From positions 654 through 64,653 of the forward strand of contig DATJZU010000144.1 in NCBI GenBank assembly GCA_035498835.1: a stretch of DNA of 64,000 nt. Direction: 5' to 3'. Of the stretch, positions 35,392 to 48,107 are shown piece after piece (the first letter of the stretch is position 1; every line of letters starts with the position of its first letter). Source of the stretch: Thermoanaerobaculia bacterium (lineage in GTDB: Bacteria; Acidobacteriota; Thermoanaerobaculia; UBA5066; Gp7-AA6). The notes below the pieces were generated by a model. The model was not told the DNA's origin and made no database searches. It saw only the letters and a list, made by a program, of their open reading frames with translations. The translations under genes were made by a program, and so were the position numbers.

Positions 35392-36141
35392 TCAGTCCGC
35401 GAGCGCCGGCAACGTCGCCAGCACCTCCGCGGCCTTCGGCCGATTCCGGACGGGCTCGTCCTTCCGGATCGTGCCGTCTTTGAAGACCAGGACGCGTTTG
35501 GCGAACCGCGAGATGTCCGGCTCGTGGGTGACGAGAACGATCGTCAGGCCGTGGTCGTTGAGATCCTGAAAGATCTCGAGGATTTCGACGGAAGTGCGGC
35601 TGTCGAGATTCCCGGTCGGCTCGTCCGCGAGCAGGATCGCCGGCCGATTGACGAGAGCGCGCGCGATGGCGACGCGCTGTTGCTGGCCGCCGGACATCTG
35701 TGAAGGAAAGTGCCGCGCCCGGTCGCCGAGGCCGACCATCTCGAGCGCCTTCAACGCCCGCGCCTCCCGTTCGCCCCGGTCGACGCGCGTATACAGGGTC
35801 GGCAGCTCGACGTTCTCGAGCGCCGTCGTCCGGGCCAGGAGATTGAATCCTTGAAAGACGAAGCCGATCTTCTGATTTCGGATCGCCGCGAGCGCTCGCC
35901 GGTCGTGCCCCGCCACGTCGATGCCGTCGAGCAAATACCGCCCGGCGGACGGACGATCGAGGCAGCCGAGCAGATTCATGAAGGTCGACTTTCCGCTGCC
36001 GCTTGCCCCCATGATGGCGACGAATTCGCCCGGCCCGATCTCCACATCGACACCGCGGAGCGCGTGCACGCGGGTCTCGCCGAGCTCGTAGTACTTGTGG
36101 AGGTTCTCGACCCGGATGACCGGCGGCGGAGCGCTCGCCAC
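35392..36141 (-). CDS. ABC transporter ATP-binding protein (MacB/LolD-type)
   Basis: A GTG start overlaps the upstream stop. Walker [11 protein letters not shown]-loop, signature [15 protein letters not shown], Walker [13 protein letters not shown] and H-loop are present. Confidence 0.85.
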   Translation of the reverse strand: MASAPPPVIRVENLHKYYELGETRVHALRGVDVEIGPGEFVAIMGASGSGKSTFMNLLGCLDRPSAGRYLLDGIDVAGHDRRALAAIRNQKIGFVFQGFNLLARTTALENVELPTLYTRVDRGEREARALKALEMVGLGDRARHFPSQMSGGQQQRVAIARALVNRPAILLADEPTGNLDSRTSVEILEIFQDLNDHGLTIVLVTHEPDISRFAKRVLVFKDGTIRKDEPVRNRPKAAEVLATLPALAD

Positions 36142-37469
36142 TAGCGTCGAAGACCGCCGGGGGTCTGCGGCTTCGCCGTGACGGATCGGATGATGAGGTC
36201 GTCTCCCTCTTTGAGGGACCCCTTGAGCACTTCCCTCACCTGCGTGTATGAATGATCCGTGATGCCGAGCGCGATTTGGATCGGCTCCAACGAGTCGCCG
36301 GAACCCCGTTTCCAGACGACCACGACGTCGCGCCGTGCGGGGCGCGGACCGCTCGACGCGCCCGGCCCGGCCGCATCGGACGCCGGCGGACGCGCGGTGG
36401 CCGCGGGCTCCGACTCGATTCCGCGCCGCGCGTAGAGACCCTCGATCTCTTCCAGCGGAATCGGCGGCTTGTAGCGGAGTGCCGTGTTCGGAACTTTCAG
36501 GATGTCGTCCACCGCGGCGACCGGGATCGTCACGTAGGCCGTCATTCCCGGAAAGAGCTTCATGTCGCGATTCTCGAACTCGATGATCGTGTCGTACGTC
36601 ACGACGTTCTGAATCGTCGTCGGGTTCATCCGTACCTGGCGAACCGTTCCGCCGAAGGACTCCTTCGGAAACGCGTCGACTTTGAAGGTGACGGGGCTGC
36701 CGACCGTGATGTTTCCCACGTCCGACTCGTCGGTCTTCGTGTAGACGAGCATCTTGGTGAGATCCTGGGCGATCGTGAAGATCGTCGGCGCCTGCAGTGA
36801 GGCGGCGACCGTCTGGCCGAGCTCGACGTTGCGGGCGACGACGGTGCCGTCGATGGGAGAGCGAATCACCGTGTAGTTGAGATTGGTCTGGGCGACTTCG
36901 AGCGCCGCGGTCTTCTGCTTGACCTGCGCGTCGGCCTGCGTGACGTTGGCGACGGCCGCACCCACGCTCGCCTTGGCGGAATCGTCCGCGGCCCTCGCGA
37001 GGTCGAGCTGCTGCTGGCTGAGCAGGTTGTCCTTGTTCAAGGCGGCGCTGCGCTCGTCGTCCGCCTTCGCCTGTGCGGCGACGGCCCGCGCCCGGTCCAG
37101 GTTTGCCCGCGCCGCGATCGCGTTGGCCTTCGCGTCGTCGAGGTCCGCAGACGCCTGGAGCACCGCGCCCTGAAACAGGGCGGGATCGATGAGCGCGATG
37201 ACGTCGCCCTTGTGGACCCGGGAGTTGAAGTCGGCGTTGAGCTTCGCGATGCTGCCCGAGACCTGCGATCCGACCTGGACAGTCACGACGGCGTTGATGG
37301 TACCGGTGGCCTCCACGACGTCCCGAATGGGGCCACGCTCGACCTTCGCGGTGAAGTGCTGCATCGAAGCCCGGCGGGTCGCGCTCAGCAGTCCCAGGAG
37401 CCCGACGACGAGGACGAGTCCCGCCAGCGCCAGCCACTTGCGCCTGGTCATGTCGCGCGCACCGGCCAT
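36141..37469 (-). CDS. Efflux periplasmic adaptor (membrane fusion protein, MacA/HlyD family)
   Basis: A signal anchor is followed by beta-barrel/lipoyl segments and a long Ala/Gln-rich coiled coil (AKANAIAARANLDRARAVAAQAKADDERSAALNKDNLLSQQQLDLARAADDSAKASVGAAVANV). The start could instead be the internal ATG at about 37451. Confidence 0.8.
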   Translation of the reverse strand: MAGARDMTRRKWLALAGLVLVVGLLGLLSATRRASMQHFTAKVERGPIRDVVEATGTINAVVTVQVGSQVSGSIAKLNADFNSRVHKGDVIALIDPALFQGAVLQASADLDDAKANAIAARANLDRARAVAAQAKADDERSAALNKDNLLSQQQLDLARAADDSAKASVGAAVANVTQADAQVKQKTAALEVAQTNLNYTVIRSPIDGTVVARNVELGQTVAASLQAPTIFTIAQDLTKMLVYTKTDESDVGNITVGSPVTFKVDAFPKESFGGTVRQVRMNPTTIQNVVTYDTIIEFENRDMKLFPGMTAYVTIPVAAVDDILKVPNTALRYKPPIPLEEIEGLYARRGIESEPAATARPPASDAAGPGASSGPRPARRDVVVVWKRGSGDSLEPIQIALGITDHSYTQVREVLKGSLKEGDDLIIRSVTAKPQTPGGLRR

Positions 37470-37479
37470 CCGCGGGGCG

Positions 37480-38697
37480 TCACTCGTATCGCAGCGCTTC
37501 GATCGGGTCGAGGCCGGACGCTCGCCGCGCCGGGTAGTAGCCGAACGAGACCCCGACGGCGGCGGAGAAGAGGGCCGCGACCAGCACCGCCTCGAAGGAA
37601 ATCTCGAGTGGCCAGTGGAGCGTCTCGCCTACCAGATAGGAGCATCCGATCCCGAGAAGAACGCCCGCGGCCCCGCCGACGAGGCTCAACAGGACGGCCT
37701 CGCTCAGGAACTGGAGCTGGATGGCTTCGTCGGTCGCGCCCACGGCGACGCGCACGCCGATCTCCCGCGTGCGCTCGGTGACGGAGACGAGCATGACGTT
37801 CATGATGCCGATTCCGCCGACGAGAAGGGAGATCGACGCGACGACGATCAGGAGAACCTTCAGCGTCTTGCTGGCGTCGAGCTGGGCCTGAATGATGTCC
37901 TCGGGATTGCGGATGTTGAAATCGTCCTCCTCCTCCGGCCGCAGGTGATGGCGGTCCCGGAGGATCGCCGCCGCTTCCTGACCGGCGGCCTTGACCGCGT
38001 CCGACGAAACGGCCGAGCAGAGGATGTCGTCGAGCCAGCTCACTCCCTTGAGCTTCTTCTGCGCGGTCGTGTAAGGCAGGATGACCGTGTCGTCCTGATC
38101 CTGGCCGGAAAGGGAGAGCCCCTTCGGCTGGAGCGTCGCGACGACCTTGCACGGCAGGTTCGTCACGCGGATCACCTTGCCGATCGGATCCTCCGTTCCG
38201 AAGAGCTGCGCCCGCACCGACCGGCCGATGACGCAGACGTCCGCGGCCCGCTCGACGTCGTCCGCGGAAAAGACGGCCCCCTGATCGATCACCCAGCGCT
38301 TGATGTCGAAGTACTCGGGCGACACGCCCCGGTAAGAAGTGTGCCAGTTCTGGTTGCCGTAGATCACCTGGACCGGATCGTCGACGTTCGGCGACATTGC
38401 CTTGATGAGCGAGATCTGGTTCTTGATGGCGACGCCGTCGGAAACGGTGAGTGTGGTCGTGTCGTGGGTGCCCGTGCGCACGCCGTTGATCGCGCGGCCG
38501 CCGGCTTCGATCCAGACGAAGTTGTCGCCGAGGTTCTGCAGTTGTTGCTCGACGCGGGCCTGCCCGGCCTGGCCGATGGCGACGACGCAGATCACGGCCG
38601 CGATGCCGATCATGATGCCCAGAACCGTCAGCGCGCTTCGCATCTTGTTCCGGAGCAGCGCAACCAGCGCCGACCGAAGCATCGACGAATAGCTCAC
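37480..38697 (-). CDS. ABC transporter permease, MacB/FtsX family
   Basis: The N-terminal TM helix is followed by a large periplasmic domain and then 3 C-terminal TM helices (FtsX fold). It ends with ...YYPARRASGLDPIEALRYE. Confidence 0.85.
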   Translation of the reverse strand: MSYSSMLRSALVALLRNKMRSALTVLGIMIGIAAVICVVAIGQAGQARVEQQLQNLGDNFVWIEAGGRAINGVRTGTHDTTTLTVSDGVAIKNQISLIKAMSPNVDDPVQVIYGNQNWHTSYRGVSPEYFDIKRWVIDQGAVFSADDVERAADVCVIGRSVRAQLFGTEDPIGKVIRVTNLPCKVVATLQPKGLSLSGQDQDDTVILPYTTAQKKLKGVSWLDDILCSAVSSDAVKAAGQEAAAILRDRHHLRPEEEDDFNIRNPEDIIQAQLDASKTLKVLLIVVASISLLVGGIGIMNVMLVSVTERTREIGVRVAVGATDEAIQLQFLSEAVLLSLVGGAAGVLLGIGCSYLVGETLHWPLEISFEAVLVAALFSAAVGVSFGYYPARRASGLDPIEALRYE

Positions 38698-38824
38698 GGC
38701 TTTCGTAGCTTAGCGCCGATGCGCGAAATCGTACCGGGCATGGGCTGTCCGGCCACGCTCGAGCGGCGACGTCCGGGTCGCGCGGTGCGCGGAGGAAACG
38801 TCTCGGCGTTTCAAGAGGCCGAGT

Positions 38825-41800
38825 CTATTGCTCGAGCGGCTCGCCCAGCACGACGGCGATCCGGTGCTCGCGCCCGTCGTCGACAAGCGGGATCTCGCGC
38901 CCATCGACCGGCCCGCCGTCGAGCGAAATATGCGTGACGCCTCGCATGACTCCGCGAGGGTTCTCGACGGAGAGGCGGTATCGGGCCGAGTGGTAGCGGA
39001 AGAGGATCTCGTACCGCGGCCAGGCGCGGGGAATGCACGGATCCACGTGGAGCACCGCGCCGCGCAGGCGGAAGCCCAGGATCCACTCGACGCCCGCGCG
39101 ATACATCCAGCCGGCCGCGCCCGTGTACCAGGTCCAGCCGCCGCGCCCCGCATGCGGCCGCTCGGAATAGACGTCCCCGGCCATCACGTACGGCTCGACC
39201 TTGTAGCGATAGAGGCCGGATCGGGTGCTCGCGTGGTTGATGGGATTCAGGAGCGCGAAGAGCTCTCCGGCCTTGTCCCCATCCCCGAGCGCCGCGAACG
39301 CGATCATGGCCCACACGGCGGCGTGCGTGTACTGGCCGCCGTTCTCGCGCACCCCGGGGACGTATCCCTTGACGTAGCCCGGCTCGAGCTTCGTGCGGTC
39401 GAACGGAGGCGTGAGGAGCAGAACGAGCCCGTCGCCCCTCCGGATGAGATGCTCGTCCACGGCGGCCATGGCGCGGCGGCGCCGCTCGGGATCCGCCGCT
39501 CCGGAGATCACTCCCCACGATTGAGCGATCGAGTCGATGCGGCACTCGTCATTGGACGCCGACCCGAGAGGGGTCCCGTCGTCGAAGTAGGCGCGGCGAT
39601 ACCAGTCGCCGTCCCAGCCCTCGCGATCGAGCGTGTCCTTCAATGAGGCGGCGTGGGCGCGCCAGGTCCGGGCCCGCTCGTTTTCCCCGCGGCGCTCTGC
39701 AAGAGCGGCGAACTCGACCAGGTTGGTGTGCAGGAACCAGCCGAGCCACACGCTCTCGCCCCGGCCCTCGACGCCGACGCGATTCATCCCGTCGTTCCAG
39801 TCGCCGGTGCCCATCAACGGCAGGCCGTGGGAACCGACCGCGAGGCTGCGGTCCAGGGCGCGGGCGCAATGCTCGTAGAGCGACGCCACCTGTGGGGAGA
39901 TCTTGGGCTCGAAGTAGCGGTCGGTCTCCGCGGGCTCGAGCGGCGGGGCCTCGAGAAACGGCGCCGGTTCGTCGAGGACGCCGTAGTCGCCCGTGACCTC
40001 GACGTAGTGGTGCGCGGCGTAGGGAAGCCAGAGGAGGTCGTCCGAGATTCGGGTCCGCACGCCCTTCCCCTCGGGGTCATGCCACCAGTGCTGCACGTCT
40101 CCCTCTTGGAACTGCCGCGATGCGGCGCGCAGCAGATGCTCGCGCGCCAGCTCCCGCCGGGCGACCGTGAACGACATGGCGTCCTGAAGCTGGTCGCGGA
40201 AGCCCCAGGCGCCTCCCGCCTGATAGAACGCCGCGCGGGCCCGGTAACGGCACGCCACCACCTGGTACAGGAGCCAGCGATTCAGCATCAAGTCCATCGA
40301 GCGGTCCGGAGTGCGGACCTGGAGAGCGGAGAGGGTGTCCTCCCATTCACGACGAACCTGTGACAGCGCGGCGTCGAGGTCCTCCGTGCGGTAGCGCGTC
40401 ACGAGTCGCCTTGCCTCCGCCGTGTCGGAGCCCTGGCCGAGCAGGAAACGGATTTGCGCGCGCTGTCCGGCCTCCAGCCGCAACCGCACCTGGAGAACGG
40501 CGCAGGGATCCAGACGGGCCCCGGCGCTCCCGGACAACACGCGTTCGGGGGCGAGCCCCGCCGGAGCGTCGAGCCCCCCGTTGCGCCCCAGGAACTCCGT
40601 TCGGTCGGCCGTCCACGCCGTCTGCCGTCCTTCCGCGTCGGCGAACGCGACTCGGCCCGCGTACGGCTCATTCCAGAAGTTGCGCGCGAAAAGAGCCCCG
40701 GTCTCGTCGAGCTCGGTCACGAGGAACGGGGCCGCGGCACCGCGCTGCGCCCCGAGGACCCATTCCGTGTAGGCGGTCACCGTCAGTGTCCGCGCCTGAC
40801 CCGACCGGTTCTCGAGATCGAGGCGGGAGACCTTGACCGGATCCTCGCGCGGAACGAAGAAGAGCAGGTCCGTACCGATTCCGTGATGTTCGTGCTCGAA
40901 ACGGCTGTACCCCTGGCCGTGACGAACGAGGTACGAGCCTTCGTCCCGTATCGGCAGCGGCGTCGGGCACCAGATCTCTCCGGTCTCTTCGTCTCGAACG
41001 AAGAGGGCTTCCCCGCATGGATCGCCGACGGGGTCGTTGGACCAGGGTGTGAGCTGGTTCTGACGGCTGTTGCCCGACCACGTGTAGCCCGCTCCGGATT
41101 CCGACACGAGACAGCCGAAGGTCGAGTTGGCCAGGACATTGATCCAGGGAGCCGGAGTCCACTGCCGCTCTCCCAGGATCGTGACGTACTCGGAGCCGTC
41201 GCCGGAGAAGCCGCCCAGACCGTTGAAGAACTCCAGAGGAAGGCGGGGCGGCGGGACGTCCGCTGGCGGCGGCGGCGCGAGGATCGCCGCCGCGGCCGGC
41301 GGCGCCGGGGCGCTTCGCAGGAGACGCAGGACCTGCTCCGACAGGGTCCCATGGCGGGAGAGCAGGATGACCCGCGCGGCCACGGCGAGCGCGTCGCGCT
41401 CCTCGCCAGAGAGAAGCTCCCCGCGCAGGACGAACACGTCTCCCACCGGGCTCTCCGCCCCGGCGCCGGCCAGGCGGGCCCCCGCGCGGACCAGAGACTC
41501 CAAAGCGGAGCCGAGCTCGGGCGAGTAGGAGGTGGGCTGCTCGTTGATGATGACGAGATCCACGGCGAGGCCCTTCAGTTTCCAATACTCGTGGGCGCGC
41601 AGGAGCTGACGCACGATGCCCTGGTCCTCGACCTGATCGATCCGGACGAGCACGATCGGCCGTTCGCCCGAGATCCCATGTCTCCAGAGAACCGAAGGCC
41701 CCTTCCGGTTGCGCAGGATCGTCTCGGCGGAGGCGCGCAAAGTCGGGTCGGAGTACAGAACGCGGGTCGCGAGGCGCTGAAACAGATGCGCCTCGTCGCT

Positions 41801-44800
41801 GGTGACGCCGAGATGCCGCAACTGGACCTGGGCCTGGGTCCAGGAGAGGTTCGAGACGCGATCGAACGTGGCCGGATCCCGGTACTTGTCGGCCAGCTCG
41901 AGCGCACGCTCACGCGAATCGGCGACCATCAACGCGAGCTGAACGCGCGCCGTCGCCCCGGGGGCCAGGCGCACCCGCCGGCGAATGCTGAAGACCGGAT
42001 CCAGGACGGTTCCGACGGTATTCGAGAGCGGCCGTCGGTCCTCGATGGCGCTGGGATTTCGGATCGACCGCCCCCGGCCCAGAAATCGCCCGCGATCCGT
42101 CTCGTACTGCAGCACCTCCGACAACTCGCCCTGCGCCGTCATCACCTGCGCCGCCCAGATCGGCGCCTCGCGATCGCGAGGGCGGCGCCGGGCGAGCAAC
42201 GCCTCCGTCGCGGGGGAGAACTCGGTCTGGACGAAGAGGTTCGAGAACGCGGGATGGACGGCGTCGGCGTCGGGCGGCGCGAGCACGATCTCCGTGTACG
42301 ACGTGATCTCGATCTCTCGGGCGCGCGCCCCGAGATTGGTCAGGGAGATCCGCCGCATTTCGGCGTCGTCTTCCGTCGAGACGAGGACCTGAAGATTGGT
42401 CGCGATCGGCCCGTCGCGGCGATGAATCTCCACGCGATCTTCCGAATAGACGGCCTCGTAGGAGTCCGGTTCGACTCCCGCCGGCTGATACCCGGCCGAC
42501 CAGGTCTTTCCCGACTCCGCGTCGGTCAGGAAGACGTAGGTACCCCAGGGGTCACGCGTCGAGTCCTCGCGCCAGCGCGTGACGGCGAGCCCTCCCCAGC
42601 GGCTGTAGCCGGATCCGGCGGCCGTCATCATCACGCAGTAACGTCCGTTGGACAGCAGGTGAGTTCGCGGCGTCGGATCGTGGGGCGAACGAAAACGACG
42701 CAGGACCGGCGGGACGTCCTCCCGAACGTGAAGCTGCGCGGCCCCGTCTTCGGGCACCGGACGCGCCACCGCCACGGTGCGCGGCGTGCGCTCCTGAAGG
42801 AGAAGGTCGGTGGCCTGGACGCTCGGGTCGGCGCCGAAACGGCGGCGCATCGTCGATTCGAGCAGCAGGTTCGCGAGCGCCACGATCGTCATGCCCTGGT
42901 GGTGGGCCATGTAGGCCTTCACCACCGCGAAGGTCTCGCCCTCGGGCAGCCGCGAGGCGGTGTAATCGATCGATTCGTAGAAGCCGTATCGGCCGAGCGC
43001 GCCGATCGATGCGAGCCGCTCGAAGTTCGCGAGCGCGGCGACGGGCTCGACCATGGCGGCCAGCGCCGTCGCATACGGCGCCACGACCAGATCCTCCGAC
43101 AGGCCGCGCTTCAATCCCAGACCGCTGACGCCAAAGTTGGAGTACTGGTACGTGAAGTTCAAGTCCCACGCGTTGTAGGCGGCCTCGGAGATCCCCCACG
43201 GCACCCGTCGCTCCTCTCCGTACCGGATCTGCCGCCGCACCGCGAGCCGAACGGTCTGATCGAGCAGACTGCCCGACGGCGCCTCGAGCACGAGATCGGG
43301 CATCAGATACTCGAACATGGATCCGGACCAGGACATCAACGCGGACCCGCGGCCGACCGGAGTCAGCGGGCGACTCAGGTGGAACCAGTGATCGACCGGC
43401 GCGTCCCCGCGCGCGATCGCGACGAAGCTCGCCAGCCGCGCCTCCGACGCCAGGAGGTCATAGTGGCCCGGGTCGGCGGCGCGATCCGAGGCTCGGTACC
43501 CGATCGAAAAGAGCTCGCGGCGGCGATCCAGCAGAAACGAGAAGTCCATCTCCTCCGCAATTCGGCCGGCAGCGGCGGCGGCGGCGGCGAGACGCCGGGC
43601 GAAGGCGTCCGCCGGATCGTCCCGCCCCCGGATCGCTTCGTCGTCGCGCGCGTGGCTCGCCACGCTGTCCCGCAGAGCTTGCGCCCATTCGAGCGCGAGC
43701 GCGGTTTGCGGGCTTTCGTCTTCCTGTTGCAGCGCGAGGACGACGTCCACGAGCGTTTCGGTATGCCGGGACAGAGAGGCCAGCCGTTCCTCCCATTCGG
43801 AGAACGAGCCGGGCGCCCGCGCGAGCAACGCACGGGTCTCCTCGAGAGCGCTCTCGAGCTGGCGGGTCGTGACGACGCGGCCCGGGCTGCGCCGCGCGGC
43901 GACGATCGCGGCTTCGCGCAGGAGCTCCAGCGTGTCGCCGATCCCGTCGAGCGCGCTCTCCATGGGGATCGGCTCGTTCACGCGCTCGAGGCATGCCTGC
44001 CGAAGAGCGATCAGGTGCGCCGCGAGGTTGCCGCTGTCAACCGTCGAGACGTATCGGGGCTCGAGCGGCGCGAGATTCGCCGTGTCGTACCAGTTGTAGA
44101 AGTGTCCCCGGAAGCGATCCAGGCGTCCCAGAGTGGCGAGGGTCGCCTCGAGGCGCTGCAGCATCTCACCGGTTCCGATCCACCCCAGGTCGTTGGCCGC
44201 GACGGTCGAGAGAAGAGCGAGCCCGATGTTGGTCGGCGACGTCCGGCCGGCGATCTGCGGCTGCGGCAGTTCCTGAAAGTTGTCCGCCGGAAGACCGTGC
44301 GTCTCGGGTCCGACGAACCGCTCGAAAAAGTGCCAGGTGCGGCGTGCGATCCGGCGGAACTCGCCCGCTTGAGCGGCAGAGATCCGCGCGCTCGGCGACT
44401 CGCGCGGCGGCACACTGACCCAGCGGGCGACCAGAGGCGACAGAAGCCAGAACGCCACGAAGGGCGCGGCCCACCACCTCCCGGCGTCGGCTCCAAAGCC
44501 CGCCACCAGGAGGCCCGCGGCGGCCCCCAGCCCGACCGCCGAGCGCATGCGGCGATAGAAACCGGAGATCTCCAGATCCAGAGAGCGATGCGCCTGTGCC
44601 GCCGGCACCCACTCCAGCCGATGCCGCCGCGACACGGCCATACGCCAGAGAGTGCGCGCGATCGCATCGGATCGGAGCCAGGCCGTGTGCGCCAGAAAAA
44701 CCAGACGCGCAGCCGCTTGCGCCAGCCCGATGGCGAGGTCCGAGACGACGCCCCGCACGAAGCTGCGCTTGGCGACGCCCGGGTGTTCGGGGAGAAGACC

Positions 44801-47356
44801 CGTGAAGAACGACAGCAGCGTGGGGAAAACGAACACGAAGAGGATGAAGAGCGTCCCGAGGCGAGCGCCGGCTCCCGGCAGGCACCACGCGGTGAGCAGC
44901 GTCGCAAAGGTCGCCGGCGGCGCGAGGCTCCGCCGGAGGTTGTCGAGCATCTTCCAGCGACCCATGAGAGGAATCGCGCTTCGCGTACGGCTGGCGCGGG
45001 GGCCGTTCCCGACGATCCAGGGCAACAACTGCCAGTCACCTCGCACCCAGCGGTGCTGGCGCGAGGCGGCCACCTCGTAATGGCCCGGGAAGCCTTCGAA
45101 GAGCTCGATGTCCGAAACAAATCCGGCTCGGGCGAACAGCCCTTCGAAGAGATCGTGGGAGAGTTGCGTATTGTCCGGCACCCGGTCGCCGAGCGCGCGC
45201 TCGAACGCGTCCACGTCGTAGATGCCCTTGCCGGTGTAGATCGCCTCGCCGAAGAGGTCCTGGTACACATCCGAGACAGCGAAGGCGTAGGGATCGATGC
45301 CGCGAGGGCCCGAGAAGATGAGCTGGAAGAGCGTGCCGAAGCCGGTTTCGGGCAACGTGGGAGCGACGCGCGGCTGGAGAATCGCATGCCCCTCGACGAC
45401 TCGTTCCGCCGCCGCGTCGAAGATGGGCACGTTCAGCGGGTGGGCGATCGTTCCAATCAGCCCGCGTGCGGCCTCCCGCGGCAGCCGCGTGTCCGCGTCC
45501 AGCGTGATGACGTACCGGATGCCGGCGGGCGGCGGCGCGCCGCCTTCCACCGACAGAAAGGACGTGTCCGTCGCGCCGCGCAGGAGACGGTTGAGCTCGC
45601 GAAGCTTCCCGCGCTTCCTTTCCCATCCCATCCAGACCCCTTCGCCCTCGTTCCAGAGGCGGCGCCGATGGAAGACCCAGAAGCGGTCGCCTCCCCCGGC
45701 CGCAGGCCCGTGCCGGTCGTTGAGCTCCCTTACCGCGGCGCGCGCCGCCGCGACGAGTGCGTCGTCCTCGGGCAGGCTCTCCGAAGGCGCGTCGGACCAG
45801 TCCGACAGGAGCGCGAACCGGAGCTCGGGATCCGGATTGGCGAGGTAGTGCACCTCCAACCGCTGCACCACCTCGCGAATCTCGGTGTCATCGGTCAGGA
45901 GCATGGGAATCACGATCAGTGCGCGCGCCTGTTCCGGCACGCCGGCGGCGAGCTCGAGCTTGGGCAGTCGCCGCGGCCCGATGAGCGCCGTCACGAACCG
46001 CTGCACGAGACCGGTCGCCAGGTCCGAGGCCGGTACCAACGCGAGGACGGCGAGCAGGCCCAGAGAGGCGCGGGAAGCGCCGGCCACATCGGCGAGCGCC
46101 AGAGGAACGGCGAGGATCGCGGCGGTTCCGAGGGCGATCGTGCCCAGGTAGCCGGGAGTCGCGGCAGCGAACCACGCGCGCCGCAGCCATTGCCGGACCG
46201 GGACGTGGAACTCGAGCTCGACCTCGAGCCGCGCGCGCCCCCGGGAGATCAGGTAGTAGCCGGGGTCGGCAAGACGCGGATCGGGAGCGGCCTCCGAATC
46301 CCCCGGCGAGGTCTCGGCGCTCCGAGCCATGGCGACGGCACGGCGCGCCACCTCGAGCTCGTCATGGACGCTCCCGCGTGACAGATCCTCGACCGCGTGC
46401 CGATAGCGATCGCGTGTCGCGAAGTCCATCTCGGCGACGCGCGTGCCCGCGGAGAGCGCTTCGTGAACGAGGCTCACGCTCTCGAAGAACTCCGCCCAGT
46501 CGGCCGAAGAAAGGAGCCGCATGCTCGTGATGACGTTGCGTACCGTCGCGTGGCTGGCGACCTGTGCCTGGTGCTCGAGATGGACGGCCTCTTCGGCCGT
46601 GGTCCCATCGCGGGCGAATCGGCGATCGAGCCAGGCGAGCGCCGGAGTGACCGCGGGATCCTGTTCGCGGAGTCTCCGGGCGAGCTGGACCGCGAAGGCC
46701 GAGGTGAACGGCAGTTGCTCCAGCATCTGAATCACGGCCGCCGGACCCGGGCTCGGGATGCCGCCGGTCGAGAGCTGCGTGTCGGCGATCGCGTCGGCCT
46801 GTTCCCGCGCGATGCCCCGCGCGGCGACGCGCTCGGCCAGGCGACGAAGATTCTCGACCAGAACCACGCGCAGCGAGATCGCCAACGCCCACAGCTCGCC
46901 GATCGTGAGAGGCTGCACGGCCTGGTAGGCGCGGACGAAGCGGCGCAGCGTGTCGAGATCGATTCGACTGTCCGTGTGCGAGACGAACGACCAGGCCAGC
47001 CCGTAGACGCGCGGGTAGCCTTCGAGCGGTCCGGAAGCGAGCTTGGGCAGCTCCCGGTAGAACCCGGGTGGCAGGTCCTGCTGGATCTCCCGGATCTGCT
47101 CCTCGACGATGTGGGAGTTGTTGAGCAGCCACTCCGCCGCCGGAGAGATGGCACGGGTCCTTCGGCTGGCCTCCGCGATCGCCCGCTGAGCCTGCAGAAG
47201 CACCCGCGAGTTCTCGCGCAGCCGCGGCAGCAACGGACGGCCGCGCCTTTGTCGGAGGTGGACGGGCTGTTCGGCGGCGAGCTTCGCGGCGAACTGCTCC
47301 AGATGATCCGCCGAAAAGAGCTCGGCGCGAATGGGGTCGCCGTCCGCGCGCATCAT
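38825..47356 (-). CDS. Cyclic beta-1,2-glucan synthase (NdvB/ChvB/Cgs-like; GT84 glycosyltransferase + GH94 phosphorylase-like domains)
   Basis: 2843-aa single ORF with uniformly high GC3. The N-terminal membrane/GT domain carries the D,D,D...QxxRW-like motifs ([26 protein letters not shown]). C-terminal GH94/GT36 domains are present (…[12 protein letters not shown]…, …[10 protein letters not shown]…). The size and architecture are those of NdvB. The 1975-aa plus-strand ORF antisense to it is an artefact. Confidence 0.85.
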   Translation of the reverse strand: MMRADGDPIRAELFSADHLEQFAAKLAAEQPVHLRQRRGRPLLPRLRENSRVLLQAQRAIAEASRRTRAISPAAEWLLNNSHIVEEQIREIQQDLPPGFYRELPKLASGPLEGYPRVYGLAWSFVSHTDSRIDLDTLRRFVRAYQAVQPLTIGELWALAISLRVVLVENLRRLAERVAARGIAREQADAIADTQLSTGGIPSPGPAAVIQMLEQLPFTSAFAVQLARRLREQDPAVTPALAWLDRRFARDGTTAEEAVHLEHQAQVASHATVRNVITSMRLLSSADWAEFFESVSLVHEALSAGTRVAEMDFATRDRYRHAVEDLSRGSVHDELEVARRAVAMARSAETSPGDSEAAPDPRLADPGYYLISRGRARLEVELEFHVPVRQWLRRAWFAAATPGYLGTIALGTAAILAVPLALADVAGASRASLGLLAVLALVPASDLATGLVQRFVTALIGPRRLPKLELAAGVPEQARALIVIPMLLTDDTEIREVVQRLEVHYLANPDPELRFALLSDWSDAPSESLPEDDALVAAARAAVRELNDRHGPAAGGGDRFWVFHRRRLWNEGEGVWMGWERKRGKLRELNRLLRGATDTSFLSVEGGAPPPAGIRYVITLDADTRLPREAARGLIGTIAHPLNVPIFDAAAERVVEGHAILQPRVAPTLPETGFGTLFQLIFSGPRGIDPYAFAVSDVYQDLFGEAIYTGKGIYDVDAFERALGDRVPDNTQLSHDLFEGLFARAGFVSDIELFEGFPGHYEVAASRQHRWVRGDWQLLPWIVGNGPRASRTRSAIPLMGRWKMLDNLRRSLAPPATFATLLTAWCLPGAGARLGTLFILFVFVFPTLLSFFTGLLPEHPGVAKRSFVRGVVSDLAIGLAQAAARLVFLAHTAWLRSDAIARTLWRMAVSRRHRLEWVPAAQAHRSLDLEISGFYRRMRSAVGLGAAAGLLVAGFGADAGRWWAAPFVAFWLLSPLVARWVSVPPRESPSARISAAQAGEFRRIARRTWHFFERFVGPETHGLPADNFQELPQPQIAGRTSPTNIGLALLSTVAANDLGWIGTGEMLQRLEATLATLGRLDRFRGHFYNWYDTANLAPLEPRYVSTVDSGNLAAHLIALRQACLERVNEPIPMESALDGIGDTLELLREAAIVAARRSPGRVVTTRQLESALEETRALLARAPGSFSEWEERLASLSRHTETLVDVVLALQQEDESPQTALALEWAQALRDSVASHARDDEAIRGRDDPADAFARRLAAAAAAAGRIAEEMDFSFLLDRRRELFSIGYRASDRAADPGHYDLLASEARLASFVAIARGDAPVDHWFHLSRPLTPVGRGSALMSWSGSMFEYLMPDLVLEAPSGSLLDQTVRLAVRRQIRYGEERRVPWGISEAAYNAWDLNFTYQYSNFGVSGLGLKRGLSEDLVVAPYATALAAMVEPVAALANFERLASIGALGRYGFYESIDYTASRLPEGETFAVVKAYMAHHQGMTIVALANLLLESTMRRRFGADPSVQATDLLLQERTPRTVAVARPVPEDGAAQLHVREDVPPVLRRFRSPHDPTPRTHLLSNGRYCVMMTAAGSGYSRWGGLAVTRWREDSTRDPWGTYVFLTDAESGKTWSAGYQPAGVEPDSYEAVYSEDRVEIHRRDGPIATNLQVLVSTEDDAEMRRISLTNLGARAREIEITSYTEIVLAPPDADAVHPAFSNLFVQTEFSPATEALLARRRPRDREAPIWAAQVMTAQGELSEVLQYETDRGRFLGRGRSIRNPSAIEDRRPLSNTVGTVLDPVFSIRRRVRLAPGATARVQLALMVADSRERALELADKYRDPATFDRVSNLSWTQAQVQLRHLGVTSDEAHLFQRLATRVLYSDPTLRASAETILRNRKGPSVLWRHGISGERPIVLVRIDQVEDQGIVRQLLRAHEYWKLKGLAVDLVIINEQPTSYSPELGSALESLVRAGARLAGAGAESPVGDVFVLRGELLSGEERDALAVAARVILLSRHGTLSEQVLRLLRSAPAPPAAAAILAPPPPADVPPPRLPLEFFNGLGGFSGDGSEYVTILGERQWTPAPWINVLANSTFGCLVSESGAGYTWSGNSRQNQLTPWSNDPVGDPCGEALFVRDEETGEIWCPTPLPIRDEGSYLVRHGQGYSRFEHEHHGIGTDLLFFVPREDPVKVSRLDLENRSGQARTLTVTAYTEWVLGAQRGAAAPFLVTELDETGALFARNFWNEPYAGRVAFADAEGRQTAWTADRTEFLGRNGGLDAPAGLAPERVLSGSAGARLDPCAVLQVRLRLEAGQRAQIRFLLGQGSDTAEARRLVTRYRTEDLDAALSQVRREWEDTLSALQVRTPDRSMDLMLNRWLLYQVVACRYRARAAFYQAGGAWGFRDQLQDAMSFTVARRELAREHLLRAASRQFQEGDVQHWWHDPEGKGVRTRISDDLLWLPYAAHHYVEVTGDYGVLDEPAPFLEAPPLEPAETDRYFEPKISPQVASLYEHCARALDRSLAVGSHGLPLMGTGDWNDGMNRVGVEGRGESVWLGWFLHTNLVEFAALAERRGENERARTWRAHAASLKDTLDREGWDGDWYRRAYFDDGTPLGSASNDECRIDSIAQSWGVISGAADPERRRRAMAAVDEHLIRRGDGLVLLLTPPFDRTKLEPGYVKGYVPGVRENGGQYTHAAVWAMIAFAALGDGDKAGELFALLNPINHASTRSGLYRYKVEPYVMAGDVYSERPHAGRGGWTWYTGAAGWMYRAGVEWILGFRLRGAVLHVDPCIPRAWPRYEILFRYHSARYRLSVENPRGVMRGVTHISLDGGPVDGREIPLVDDGREHRIAVVLGEPLEQ

Positions 47357-47562
47357 CCTCTTCTTACCACGCGGAAAGAAACGCCGAGCCGCGGGTCGGC
47401 TCGGCCGGGGGAAAGATACGAAGGGCTCAGGCCGCCGCGGGCGTCTCCTCCCGCAGGTTCTTGAGCGCGCGCATCACTCCGGAGACAGAAAGCCTCCGGT
47501 GCACCTTTGTGCGTTCTCGATCCATTGCGACCCGCATGGATTTCGTGTTCCCCTCGTACGCC

Positions 47563-48107
47563 TCACCCACCGGAGACCGCCTGAACTGCCGCGAGCAGGG
47601 TCGCCAGCCCGAAGGAGCTCTCGTGCCGGACGTTGTTGATGAAGAAGGCCGGCGCCACGGCGACACCGCTTCGGACGCCTCCCCGTCGGATGCCCCGGAT
47701 CTTCTCGGAGTGGACGTGGGCGAGCATCTCGCGGCGGAACCGAATCAGGTCCAGGCCGACCTGCGCCGCATGCCGTTGGAGCCGGACCCGGTCCCTCGGA
47801 GTCTCGCCTTCGAACAGGGATCGTGCATCTCCCAGAACCTGCCCTGCGAGGACGCGCACTCCGCGGCCTGGGCTGCCTCCTCGGAATGCCGGAATTGCTC
47901 GGGCTGCGGAAAGCTGCGGTAGACGTAGCGCAGACGCGTGCCCATCTTCTTCTGGATCTTCTTGACGGTGCCGTACGCCTGCGCGCACGCCGGCGAAGCG
48001 AAGTCGCCGTAAGCAACCAGCGTCGTGCTTGCGAGGGGCGAGCCGCGAACGTGGTCCTTCGCCGAAACTTTCCGCGCGAGTCTTTGTCCCGGTCGCTTCG
48101 CGTTCAC
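47563..48107 (-). pseudogene. DsbA-like thioredoxin-fold protein with SPAC (SxxC) motif, disrupted by a single-base frameshift in a C-run
   Basis: Frame A (GTG 48107, SD GGAAGGTGA) gives ...GSPLASTTLVAYGDFASPACAQAY...ECASSQGRFWEMHD. A different frame continues the same family C-terminus ...LFEGETPRDRVRLQRHAAQVGLDLIRFRREML...GVAVAPAFFINN... The switch occurs at plus-strand GGG 47817..47819. Total length is 545 nt (3n-1). Confidence 0.5.

Noticed and set aside
47427-47666. 79-aa ORF in the cyclic-glucan-synthase promoter region
   Set aside because: Low-complexity, no SD. It overlaps the DsbA-like pseudogene 3' end.
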